37,370 bases of DNA from NCBI GenBank assembly GCA_050258155.1, contig JBLMYG010000057.1, forward strand, positions 1 through 37,370. The letters run 5' to 3'. The position numbers and the translations under genes were made by a program. This document shows positions 8,109-17,159 of the stretch, in pieces. The notes beneath the pieces are model-generated. The model made no database searches. It saw only the letters and a program-made list of their open reading frames with translations, and was not told where the DNA came from. The stretch comes from Acidithiobacillales bacterium (GTDB lineage Bacteria > Acidobacteriota > Thermoanaerobaculia > UBA5066). How positions within the stretch are numbered: position 1 is the first letter of the stretch; the number at the start of each line of letters is the position of its first letter.

Positions 8109-9674
8109 ATGGCGAGCATCGCCTCCGCGGGCGAGATGATCCCGGCCGGGGGCGGGCCGGGTCCGGACCGTCTGGGGGCCCGGCTCGCGGGCCAGCTCCG
8201 CGACGCGCAGCACGCCCTCCTCTCCCGTCCCCGCTTCAGCATCCGGATGCGGCTCGTCACGCGGCTCGCGCTCTGCCTCGGACTCTGCTGCGCCTTCTCG
8301 ATCGCAGTCATGAGCATGCTCGGCCGGGTCCGGGACCGGCTCGGGCTGCTGGGGGCGACCGAAGAGCTGAGCGCGAGCATCCTCCGGGCGCGGGCTCTGG
8401 AGAGCGAGGGGGCCCTCACCGTGGCCCAGAGCCGCCAGGTGCTCCACGACGTGAGCGCAGCCACCGCGCTCTTCCGGCAGGCCGCCCGCACCGTCCCGGC
8501 CGCCGAAGCTCCGCGCTTCCGGACGCTTCTGGGCCGCCTCGAGACCTATCAGGGGCTCCTCGAGGCCAATCAGGCTCTGGCAGAGCGAAGCGGCCCGGGG
8601 ACGGGTCTGATCCCGTCCCGGGGAGCCATCGCCCGGGAGAAGGAGCTGGAGGTCGCCCGGCTCCTCGACGTCGTCGTCGCCGACGAGCGCGCCTCGGCGA
8701 TGCGAACGCTCGCGCTCGCCGAGTCCGCCCCTCTCCTCCTGATCGGCCTCCTCGTGGCCCTCTTCGGGGCCATCATCTACTCCACCACCCGTGCGCTCGA
8801 CGGTCCGATCCGGAGGTTCAAGGGCTACACCAGCCGGATCGCGGCCGGCGACTTCTCGCTCATCTCCCCGGCGCGAACGTACCGGGACGAGTTCACGGAC
8901 CTCGCCCTGGCCGTCAACGAGATGATGGCCGAGCTCCGGGCGCACCTCGATCGGGGCGTGAAGGCGGCCAAGCTGGCGGCGGTGGGAACCCTCACGTCCG
9001 GCATCGCCCACGAGCTGAACAACCCCCTGAACAACATCGCCATCACGACCGAGGCGCTCATGGAGGACCTGCCCCGGCTCGGCGATGACGAGAAATGGCG
9101 CCTTCTCGAGGACATCTACTTCGAGACGGAGCGGGCCGGCGAGATCGTCAAGAGCCTCCTCGACTTCACACGGCAGGAGAAGCCAGAGATGGTCCCCCTC
9201 GACCTCGTGGAGGTCATCCAGTCGACGGTCCGCCTCGCCCAGAACGAGATGGCGCTTTCCAACGTTTCCTTCACCTCCGAGCTTCCGGCCGGCCTTCCCC
9301 GCGTCCGGGGAGCGGCCAATCAGCTGCGGCAGGTCCTGCTCAACCTCCTCCTCAACGCCATCCAGGCGATGCCCGGAGGGGGCCGGCTTCACGTCAGCGC
9401 CGGGCATCGAGAGGAGGGAAGGGTCTGCGTCGAGGTGCGGGACGACGGGATCGGCATCCCGCCCGAGACGATGCCCCACATCTTCGATCCCTTCTTCACG
9501 ACCAAGGAGCCCGGCAAGGGGACGGGCCTCGGCCTCTCCGTCAGCCTCGGCATCGTCAGGAAATTCGGGGGCGACATCCAGGTGACGAGCGAGCCCCACA
9601 AGGGGACCGTGGTCCACGTTTGTCTGCCCGAGGCCGGGAGGGATAATCCCGCCCCGAGCGGCGAGGGGGAGTGA
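8109..9674 (+). CDS. Membrane sensor histidine kinase (TM-sensor-TM-HAMP-HisKA-HATPase)
   Basis: AHELNNPLNNI H-box, QVLLNLLLNA, DDGIGI, FDPFFTTK, GTGLGL. Start uncertain (8109 or 8136). Confidence 0.9.
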   Translation: MASIASAGEMIPAGGGPGPDRLGARLAGQLRDAQHALLSRPRFSIRMRLVTRLALCLGLCCAFSIAVMSMLGRVRDRLGLLGATEELSASILRARALESEGALTVAQSRQVLHDVSAATALFRQAARTVPAAEAPRFRTLLGRLETYQGLLEANQALAERSGPGTGLIPSRGAIAREKELEVARLLDVVVADERASAMRTLALAESAPLLLIGLLVALFGAIIYSTTRALDGPIRRFKGYTSRIAAGDFSLISPARTYRDEFTDLALAVNEMMAELRAHLDRGVKAAKLAAVGTLTSGIAHELNNPLNNIAITTEALMEDLPRLGDDEKWRLLEDIYFETERAGEIVKSLLDFTRQEKPEMVPLDLVEVIQSTVRLAQNEMALSNVSFTSELPAGLPRVRGAANQLRQVLLNLLLNAIQAMPGGGRLHVSAGHREEGRVCVEVRDDGIGIPPETMPHIFDPFFTTKEPGKGTGLGLSVSLGIVRKFGGDIQVTSEPHKGTVVHVCLPEAGRDNPAPSGEGE

Positions 9675-10045
9675 TGCCAGAGAGCAGGGATGTCATGGTC
9701 CTGGACGACGAGCCCATCGTCGGAGACCGCCTCCGGCCGGCTCTCGAGAAGGACGGCTTCAAGGTGGAGGTCTTCACCGACTCGACCGCCGCCCTCGAGA
9801 GGCTCAAGGAAAAGAGCTTCTCCGTGCTGGTGACGGACGTGAAGATGCGGGGGCCGAGCGGGATGGACGTCCTCCGGTTCGTCAAGGAGCACGCTCCCGA
9901 GACGCAGGTCATCGTGATCACCGGCTACGCCACCATCGAGACGAGCCACGAGGCCGACGCTCTCGGCGCCGTTCACTTCATCCCGAAGCCGTTCCGGATG
10001 AAGGACCTCGTCAAGCTGGTCTCGAAGTCGTCACGGCGGACGTAG
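9671..10045 (+). CDS. Stand-alone response regulator receiver
   Basis: LDDEPIV, TDVKM, ITGY, IPKP; overlaps the kinase stop codon. Confidence 0.92.
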   Translation: MMPESRDVMVLDDEPIVGDRLRPALEKDGFKVEVFTDSTAALERLKEKSFSVLVTDVKMRGPSGMDVLRFVKEHAPETQVIVITGYATIETSHEADALGAVHFIPKPFRMKDLVKLVSKSSRRT

Positions 10046-11573
10046 CGGGGAGCGGCTCGTCCCCCGGCAGCCCCGGAATCATCGCTGCCGGAAGGAGAAC
10101 GGTCACCTCCGTCCCCCTCCCCGGCTCGCTCCGGACCCGGATGTCGCCTCCGTGCTGGCGGACGATGCCGAGGCTCACGGAGAGGCCGAGGCCCGTTCCC
10201 TTTCCCCGCGGCTTGGTCGTGAAGAACGGATCGAAGATGTATGGCAGGGCATGGGCCGGGATCCCCGGCCCGTCGTCCGTCACCGTCACCTCGACCCAGC
10301 CCGGCTCGTGCCGGCTCCCGGTGGTGATCCGGACCCGCCCCCCTTTTCCCACGGCGTCGAGGGCATTGAGCAGCAGGTTGACGAAGACCTGGATCAGTGA
10401 CTGCCGGTCGCCGTGGATCGCAGGAAGGTTGGGAACCACGTCGAGCGTGATCCGGGCTCCCGACAGGCGGATCTGGTTCGCCGCGAGACCGGTGGCCCCC
10501 CGCAGCACCTCCGCGAGGTCGAGCTTCTCGGTCTTGATCTCTCCCTCCCGGGCGAAGTCCAGGAGGTTGCGGACGATCCGCTGCGCCCGCGCGGCCTGCT
10601 CGACGAGGTCATGGACCATCTCCAGCCGCTCCCCGTCGCCGAGCGCCGCGTAGTCTTCCTTGAGCATCTCGGCCGTGAGCGTGATGTTGTTGATCGGGTT
10701 GTTCAGCTCGTGGGCCACGCCGGACGTCAGCGTCCCGATGGCGGAGAGCTTGTGCGACTGGACGAGCACATCCTGCCGGTGGGCCAGCTCGCGCATCATC
10801 GTGTTGAGGGCGAGGGCGAAGTTGGAGAACTCGTCGCGGTACCACCGCCGCGGGGTGAGGGGCGTGAAGTCGCCGCTGGCGATCCTGTGCGTGGCGGCTC
10901 CGAGACGGGAGAGAGGCCCGACGATCTGGCGAGCGAGAAAGTTGGCCACGAAGACCGAGAAGACGAGGAGGAAGGCGAGGAAGGCCACCGGGAGCCGCTT
11001 GAAGAGTTCGAGGGTGGCGTTGACGCTGCTCCGCTCTTTGTCGGCCAGCTCGAGGGCGAAGGAGACCATCTGTGAGCCGTGGTCCCTCAGCTCCGTTTCG
11101 ATGGCCGCCTTCTCGTCCGGGACCTCGGAAACCTGTCCCGCCTGAATGACGAGGAGGCGGGCGATCAGCGACTCGTAGCGGTCCAGATGGGCCCGCATTC
11201 GCGTCAGCTCGCTTCGGGTCAGGACCCTTTCGGCGTCCGGGCCCGCGGCCTCCAGGAGGCGCCGGGCGTCCTTCAGGTGGTCCTGCACGTCCGAGAGTCC
11301 GGTGCCGTAAAGGAAGTAGTTCTTCTCGTACCGCCGTGTCTGCTGGATCTCCATCGTGTAGCGGTCGGCGGCCTCCAGAAAGCGGAGACGTCTCTCGAGA
11401 CGGCCGAGCAGGATCCAGGCCCCGATCGTCACGGCGACCGCGAAGACGACGAAGGAGAGGAAGCTGAGGATCAGCCGGGCCCGGATCCCGAAGCTCGGCC
11501 GGCCGAGGAACGCCTGCTCGACGCTCGACGTGTCGCGGGCCGTCGCGGCGTCCTGCCCTTTCTCCTCCTGCAC
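10011..11573 (-). CDS. Membrane sensor histidine kinase, paralog of 8109-9674
   Basis: AHELNNPINNI, QVFVNLLLNA, DDGPGI, FDPFFTTK, GTGLGL; HAMP YRDEF block shared with the paralog. Confidence 0.92.
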   Translation of the reverse strand: MQEEKGQDAATARDTSSVEQAFLGRPSFGIRARLILSFLSFVVFAVAVTIGAWILLGRLERRLRFLEAADRYTMEIQQTRRYEKNYFLYGTGLSDVQDHLKDARRLLEAAGPDAERVLTRSELTRMRAHLDRYESLIARLLVIQAGQVSEVPDEKAAIETELRDHGSQMVSFALELADKERSSVNATLELFKRLPVAFLAFLLVFSVFVANFLARQIVGPLSRLGAATHRIASGDFTPLTPRRWYRDEFSNFALALNTMMRELAHRQDVLVQSHKLSAIGTLTSGVAHELNNPINNITLTAEMLKEDYAALGDGERLEMVHDLVEQAARAQRIVRNLLDFAREGEIKTEKLDLAEVLRGATGLAANQIRLSGARITLDVVPNLPAIHGDRQSLIQVFVNLLLNALDAVGKGGRVRITTGSRHEPGWVEVTVTDDGPGIPAHALPYIFDPFFTTKPRGKGTGLGLSVSLGIVRQHGGDIRVRSEPGRGTEVTVLLPAAMIPGLPGDEPLPATSAVTTSRPA

Positions 11574-11582
11574 GAGGCCCCT

Positions 11583-11996
11583 CTACGGGGATTCGGTCAC
11601 GACCGCCCCGGCGACGCCGGCGAAGCCGAGGGCCTCGGCCGCCCTGGAGATGACGTCACGAAGCTCCTGCGGTTTGAACGGCTTGGCGATGAAGTCGAAG
11701 GCCCCCTTGGCCATCGCCTCGCGCGCCACCTCGACCGTCGCGTAGCCGGTGATCATGATGACCCGGGTCTCCGGCCAGCGCGCCAGGACCTTCTCGAGGA
11801 CCTCGATCCCGTCGATCTCTTCCATCCGGATGTCGGTCACGACGACGTCGAACCGCTTCGCCGCGATCCGCTCCAGGGCGGGCCGCGGAGCGTCGAACAC
11901 CTCGACGTCGCAGCCGACCTTGGCGAGCGCCGGCTGCAGCCGCTTGCCGACGATCGGCTCGTCGTCCAGGACGAGGACCTGAAGTCGTCTCTCCAT
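11583..11996 (-). CDS. Stand-alone response regulator receiver
   Basis: LDDEPIV, TDIRM, ITGY, AKP; start moved to ATG 11996 (AGGAGG RBS). Confidence 0.92.
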   Translation of the reverse strand: MERRLQVLVLDDEPIVGKRLQPALAKVGCDVEVFDAPRPALERIAAKRFDVVVTDIRMEEIDGIEVLEKVLARWPETRVIMITGYATVEVAREAMAKGAFDFIAKPFKPQELRDVISRAAEALGFAGVAGAVVTESP

Positions 11997-12007
11997 GGCC
12001 GGACCTC

Positions 12008-13096
12008 CTAGCCCTCCACCGGCCGGCGGACGAGGAGGGTCGTGTGGATCCGCTGCCGCTCGATGTGGGCTTTGGCGACTTTGACGAGGATCATCCCGGC
12101 ACCCCCGATGCCGGCGGCGAAAAGCATGACCGTCGAGCCTCCGTTGAGCCACCGGTCCCAGGCCGGATCGAAGGCGACCCAGCCGAGCTGCCGGAGGTAG
12201 ACGGGGACGGCGATCGCGCGGGAAATGACACAGAGAAGGATGATGAAACCCGTCGAGAGCCGGATGACCCTCTCGCTCAGGACCTTCACGCCGTAGACGC
12301 CGATGTAGACACCGACGAGGGAGCCCAGGAAGAGGAGGCAGGTCATCCTCAGGTCGACGTACCCCTCGAAGGCGTAGTTGAGCGCGCCGAACGCGCCCAT
12401 GAAGATCGCGAGGTAGAGCTCCGTTCCAGCCGCCACGGCGGTCGGGATGCCGAAGATGTAGATCATCGCCGGCACGCCGACGAATCCCCCCACGCCGATG
12501 GTCCCGGCCAGGTACCCGGTGGCGAGGCCGACCGGGAGGAGGACCCAGAGCGAGAGCTCCACGTCCGAGACCGGGAACTTGATGATCGGCTTCAGGTTGA
12601 GGCGGGCGAGGAAGTCCGTGATGGCGCGGGAGGGCCCCTGCCCCTCGGAGGCCGGCCGCAGGGCGTCACGGAGCATCGAGATCGCGACGAACGTCAGGAC
12701 GCAGATGAAGATCGCGCTGATGTACAAATCCGACCCGGCGCTCCTGGCGGTGCCGTGGCTCCCGCCCTCTGCGAACAGCAGGCTGTTGATCCAGACAGCC
12801 AGCCGGATTCCGATCAGGGCGGTGACGAGCAGGTACATGGCGAGCCGTTTGTCCACGTTCCCCATCTGGGCATGCTTCCGCGCCCCGACGAGAGCCTTGC
12901 CGAACTTGTGGGTGATGTTGCTCCCGACCGCGACGACGCCCGAGACGCCGAGGTTCATCATCCCCGGCGTCATGAAGAAGGCTCCCCCGCTGCCGATGAA
13001 GCCGGACAGAACGCCGCCGATGAAGCCGAGAAGGACGACCAGGATCGCGGTCGTCCACGTGATCGGCACGAAGACATCGCCGAAGATCGGAGGCAT
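12008..13096 (-). CDS. TSUP (TauE/SafE) family transporter
   Basis: SGFIGSGGAFFMTP and AGTIGVGGFVGVP repeats; multiple TM helices; 362 aa. Confidence 0.88.
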   Translation of the reverse strand: MPPIFGDVFVPITWTTAILVVLLGFIGGVLSGFIGSGGAFFMTPGMMNLGVSGVVAVGSNITHKFGKALVGARKHAQMGNVDKRLAMYLLVTALIGIRLAVWINSLLFAEGGSHGTARSAGSDLYISAIFICVLTFVAISMLRDALRPASEGQGPSRAITDFLARLNLKPIIKFPVSDVELSLWVLLPVGLATGYLAGTIGVGGFVGVPAMIYIFGIPTAVAAGTELYLAIFMGAFGALNYAFEGYVDLRMTCLLFLGSLVGVYIGVYGVKVLSERVIRLSTGFIILLCVISRAIAVPVYLRQLGWVAFDPAWDRWLNGGSTVMLFAAGIGGAGMILVKVAKAHIERQRIHTTLLVRRPVEG

Positions 13097-13101
13097 CTCA
13101 T

Positions 13102-14601
13102 CTACTCCAGCCGGATGAGCCTCAGGAGCGTCGAGGCGACGAGACCATACAACCCGGCGACGAGCGGCGCGATCAGGGCGACGAGAACGGGCGCCACCCA
13201 GGGCCGCGCCTTGTGGGAGGGGCCGCCGAGCAGGTCGAGGAGCGGTCCCTGATTCCGGAAGACGAGCACGTAGACGACGACCACCACGAGGAGCGCGGCC
13301 GCGACCTTGGCGATCTGGCCGGCGCCGAAGCGCAGCTTCGCGGAAAGCTCGCCGGTCCCGATGACCGGCGACCTCAGTTTGCCGGCAAGGAAGTTGGCGA
13401 GATCGCGCCCCATGCGTGTCCTGGCCGCGGCCGGCTTGTCGAGGAAGACATCGCCGAGGACCACGAGGCTGTAGCTGATGTCGGGATGCACGGCTGCGAG
13501 AAGCCGGTCGGGGCCTCCGGCGACGGTCTGGCCGCCGCCGGAGCGTCCGTCGTGGACGAGCCGCTCCAGCGTCTCGCGGAAGGCGCGCTCGGCCGGTGAG
13601 ACCTTCTCGACGACGTCCTCCTCCACACCGCCGTCGGCGGGCGTCACGCGAAGCCCGGTGGCCGGCCGGGCGAGGGGCGCCTCGCCGCCCCCCTCAGGGC
13701 GGTAGCGGATCAGCTCTACGGCCGCTCCCCACCGTCGGGCCAGCTCGTTGATCTGGGTCAGCGTCCCGGAGTCGGGGCGAAATTCCTCCTGGATCCAGAG
13801 GATGTTCGTGCTGGCGACCGTGCAACGGACCTCCCGACAGCCGGGCAGTCCCTCGAGAACCCCGGGGATCAGCGGCGCGAGGGAAGCCTGCCGGGGCATG
13901 TACGTGATCGTCACCACACCCTCGCTCGACCGCACCGTCAGATCGGCCTCGGCCGTCCGCTCGTCGAGGGCGAGCCGGATCCGGGCGCGGGCCTGGAGCA
14001 GAAGCTCCTCCATCGCCCGTCGGCTCGCCGGCGTCGGCTTGAAGTCCGGGAGGTCGACGATGCCGCAGAGCGCGGTGGCTGCGTTCTCGAGGCTCACATT
14101 CTCGAGGTTGACGACGAAGTCGTATTTCCTGAGGTCGTCCATGTCGGCGCCGTGGACGAAGTGGACCCAGGCCCGGATGTCGTCGTCGATCTCGGAGAGA
14201 AAGACCTCCGCCTTCTCCCGCGAGAGCTTCGTCCGCGAAACGACCGCGTCGAGGCGCTGACCGTGCTCCGGGATCACCCGGACGCGGAGGACGTGCGACA
14301 CGCCCGGAAGAAGGAAATGGCCGGCCCGCCCGTAGTAGACGAGATCCCCCTGGGCCGCCTTCTCGCAGATCGTGTCCGTGGCCACCGCGAGGTACCGCTG
14401 CTTGAGCCGGGCGAGTCGCTCCCGCACCGCCGGCTTCTTGACCATCGCCACCTCGAGCTTGCCGACGGGGATGCCGCATTCGTTGGCCTTCGCCACGACG
14501 TCCTCGCGGCTCAGGTAGGCGTAGCCGAGCTTCGCGGCGAGGCTCTGGGCCAGCCGCTCTCCCCCCCCGAATGGGACGCTACAGATGAAGACGATCGGCA
14601 T
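13102..14601 (-). CDS. Cytidylate-kinase-like + BON-like protein with extra domain and two C-terminal TM helices
   Basis: MPIVFICSVPFGGGERLAQSLAAKLGY, VYYGRAGHFLL, LRVRVI, YDFVVN; hydrophobic C-terminus. Confidence 0.75.
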   Translation of the reverse strand: MPIVFICSVPFGGGERLAQSLAAKLGYAYLSREDVVAKANECGIPVGKLEVAMVKKPAVRERLARLKQRYLAVATDTICEKAAQGDLVYYGRAGHFLLPGVSHVLRVRVIPEHGQRLDAVVSRTKLSREKAEVFLSEIDDDIRAWVHFVHGADMDDLRKYDFVVNLENVSLENAATALCGIVDLPDFKPTPASRRAMEELLLQARARIRLALDERTAEADLTVRSSEGVVTITYMPRQASLAPLIPGVLEGLPGCREVRCTVASTNILWIQEEFRPDSGTLTQINELARRWGAAVELIRYRPEGGGEAPLARPATGLRVTPADGGVEEDVVEKVSPAERAFRETLERLVHDGRSGGGQTVAGGPDRLLAAVHPDISYSLVVLGDVFLDKPAAARTRMGRDLANFLAGKLRSPVIGTGELSAKLRFGAGQIAKVAAALLVVVVVYVLVFRNQGPLLDLLGGPSHKARPWVAPVLVALIAPLVAGLYGLVASTLLRLIRLE

Positions 14602-14664
14602 CGGTGTCCCGTCCGTTCGGTGTCGCGGCCCGAGCGAAGCGCAGCGGATGCGCGGAGGTCCGGC

Positions 14665-15060
14665 TCACACGGGTGCGACGACCAGCTCGTCGAGGGTGCG
14701 GAGAAGCACCACGGGATCGATGGGCTTGTCGAGGAAAGCCTCGGCTTTGAAGCGCTTGGCCCGGTCGAGGAAGGCGTGATAGTCGGACGTCAGCTTCTCC
14801 TGAATCCCGCTGACAATGACGACCGGGAGGCCCGCGAGGGCGGGATCCTTCCGGATGGCGACGAGGGCGGTGAGACCCCCCCGCTCCGGCATCATCAGGT
14901 CGAGAAGCACGGCGTCCGGCCGCTCCTCGGCCAAGAGCCTGAGCGCCTGATCGACCCCGTTAGCGGCGCGGACCCTCCAGCCGTGGTCCGCGAGCAGCGT
15001 GCCGAGGTAGGCGGTGACGTCGGGCTCGTCGTCGATGACAACTACACTTCGCTCTTTCAT
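14665..15060 (-). CDS. Stand-alone receiver (DivK-like clade)
   Basis: IDDEPDV, LDLMMP, PVVIVSG, DKPIDP; start ATG 15060 with GGAGG RBS. Confidence 0.92.
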   Translation of the reverse strand: MKERSVVVIDDEPDVTAYLGTLLADHGWRVRAANGVDQALRLLAEERPDAVLLDLMMPERGGLTALVAIRKDPALAGLPVVIVSGIQEKLTSDYHAFLDRAKRFKAEAFLDKPIDPVVLLRTLDELVVAPV

Positions 15061-15102
15061 GTTGCCTCCGGCAGACCCTTCAGCGGCGCCCAATGCGTGA
15101 AG

Positions 15103-15117
15103 GCAAAGGCGATGCCG
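15103..15117 (-). promoter_or_regulatory. Sigma-54 promoter of the REC/cmk-like/TSUP/REC/HK operon
   Basis: Minus strand CGGCATCGCCTTTGC: GG-N10-GC. Confidence 0.7.
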
Positions 15118-15209
15118 CCCCGATCCTCGGCTCGCCATTCATGGCCCGGCAGAATTTAGGGTTCTCGCCGAGTCCGCGCGCCACCTGTATGCCACCGGGG
15201 ACGTCCGTC

Positions 15210-15227
15210 CGTTACGTTCTGGTGACG
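15210..15227. promoter_or_regulatory. Putative UAS CGTTAC-N6-GTGACG
   Basis: cgttac gttctg gtgacg; centre 103 bp upstream of the -24 GG (15115-15116). Confidence 0.68.
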
Positions 15228-15289
15228 TCCGTGTTCCAACCGGCAGGTCCGGCCGTCCGGCCTTTTCCGACCGGGTCCCCGCTCTGTCC

Positions 15290-15697
15290 CTACGCTGTCA
15301 CCGGCAGGCCGCCACAGACGTAGGCCAGGACGGCAAGTAGTGCCTTCGGGTCTATGGGCTTGCCAAGTACGGCGTCGGGACCGCTGACGCCGCGGAGCGA
15401 CATCAGGTAGGACTGGCAGTCGTGCTCGAGGATCTGATCCATGCCCGTGACGACCACGAGCGGGATGTTCCGGTAGCGCGGGTCGCTGCGCAGCGTGACG
15501 ACAAGATCCAGCCCCGACCTTCCCGGCATCAGGACGTCGACGAGGATCGCGTCGGGCCGAAAGCCGTCGAGGGCCCGCAAGGCCTGAGCAGCGTCGGAAG
15601 CGGATCGGGTCCAGTAGTCCTGGTCCTCGAGGAGAGAGGAGACATAGGCCACCGTATCGGGATCGTCGTCAACGATGAGAACGCACCTTGCGGCCAT
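15290..15697 (-). CDS. Stand-alone receiver (DivK-like clade)
   Basis: VDDDPDT, VDVLMPGRSG, PLVVVTG, GKPIDP; start ATG 15697 (GAGGAG RBS). Confidence 0.9.
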   Translation of the reverse strand: MAARCVLIVDDDPDTVAYVSSLLEDQDYWTRSASDAAQALRALDGFRPDAILVDVLMPGRSGLDLVVTLRSDPRYRNIPLVVVTGMDQILEHDCQSYLMSLRGVSGPDAVLGKPIDPKALLAVLAYVCGGLPVTA

Positions 15698-15707
15698 CGC
15701 CGTCTCC

Positions 15708-17159
15708 TCAGGCCCTCCCTGCCGACGCCTCCGTCTCGCAAGGTGACGTCGAGGGACGAGCCGTGAGCGGCAGGCGAACGACGAATCGGCTGCCGCGCCC
15801 CGGCTCCGAGTCGACCTCGATCCCACCGCCATGCTTGTTGGCGATCTTGTTGGAGATGAAGAGGCCGAGCCCGGTCCCGCTGATCCCCTTCGAGGAGAAG
15901 AAGAGCGAAAAGAGCTTCTCGCGCGTTTCGCGATCCATGCCGATCCCGTTGTCCTCGATTTCGAAGAGCATCCAGGGAGGCGAGCACCTCACCTTGAACC
16001 CGACACGGTGAGGCGCCTTCGCCGTGTCGGCCCGGCAGGCGTCCAGCGAGTTCTCGAGGATGTTGACGAAGAGCGCCCTGACGGCCTTGGCATCGCCGGG
16101 GAGCAGCCCCACGTCCGGCTCGACTTCCAGGGTGAGCGTAATGTCGAGGTCGGTGGCGCGCTGCTGCATCGACTCGACGATCTCACCCGCCAGCTTCGCG
16201 ACCTCGATCGGCTTGACCTCCAGCTCGCGATCCTTGGCGTAGTAGAGGATGTCGAGCACCATCGACCGGATCCGCTCGACGTTCCGCTGAACCATCTCCC
16301 AGCCCTGCTTCACCCGCTCGGGCCGGCCTTTCTCGAACCCCGAGTTGACCAGGTACATCCCCCCGTCGAGGCCGGTCAGGAGCCCCTTGATTCCGTGCGA
16401 GATCGACCCGACGAGGAGGCCGATCGAGGTGAGCTGCGACTGGAGCTCCCGGAGAGGCGTGATGTCGGTCGACATCTCGATGATCGAGTCGACCTCGCCG
16501 GCCGCGTTGTGGACCGGAGCCGTCGTACAGAGGACGTGAATCGGCCGGCCGGCCGCGGTGATCACGACCTCTTCGTGCTCCTGCGGCACCCCGTCGTCGA
16601 AGGTCCGCTGGGCCTTGCAGATCAGGCATGGCTCCTCGCGGTGCTTGTAGACCCGCCAGCACGCCTCCCCGACCCCCTCGCCGAAGGTCTCACGGAACTT
16701 CCGGTTGGCCGTCTGGATGATCCGGTCCCGCCCCTGGACCGAGATGAAGCAGGGCACCTCCTCGAAGAGCTGGGCCAGCCGCGCCTGGGTCTGCTGGAAG
16801 CGCGCCTCCAGGAACTTGAAACGGCGAAGATCGGTGTGCATCTCCATGACGCCCACGATCGCGCCGCTCTCGTCGAGGACCGGCGTCGTCCGGACGCGGA
16901 CGGGGACCGGCTGGCCGGTCGTCGGGATGAGTGTCTGCTCGCTGATCTGGCCACACCCCTCTTGGAAGGTTCTCAGAACGGGGCAATCGTCGCAGACCTC
17001 CTCACGTTTCTTGTAAGCCCGATAGCAGAACTCTCCGACCCGCTCGCCGAAGTCCTCGCGAAAACGGCGGTTGGCCTCCACGATCCGGAGGTTCCGGTCG
17101 TGCACCGAGACGTAGCACGGCATCTCCTCGAAGTACTGCCGGTACCGCTCTTCAGGCAT
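15708..17159 (-). CDS. Cytoplasmic PAS-PAS histidine kinase
   Basis: Two similar PAS repeats, each with C-x10-C-x2-C; H-box SISHGIKG, NILENS, DNGIGM, GTGLGL; no TM segments. Confidence 0.9.
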   Translation of the reverse strand: MPEERYRQYFEEMPCYVSVHDRNLRIVEANRRFREDFGERVGEFCYRAYKKREEVCDDCPVLRTFQEGCGQISEQTLIPTTGQPVPVRVRTTPVLDESGAIVGVMEMHTDLRRFKFLEARFQQTQARLAQLFEEVPCFISVQGRDRIIQTANRKFRETFGEGVGEACWRVYKHREEPCLICKAQRTFDDGVPQEHEEVVITAAGRPIHVLCTTAPVHNAAGEVDSIIEMSTDITPLRELQSQLTSIGLLVGSISHGIKGLLTGLDGGMYLVNSGFEKGRPERVKQGWEMVQRNVERIRSMVLDILYYAKDRELEVKPIEVAKLAGEIVESMQQRATDLDITLTLEVEPDVGLLPGDAKAVRALFVNILENSLDACRADTAKAPHRVGFKVRCSPPWMLFEIEDNGIGMDRETREKLFSLFFSSKGISGTGLGLFISNKIANKHGGGIEVDSEPGRGSRFVVRLPLTARPSTSPCETEASAGRA

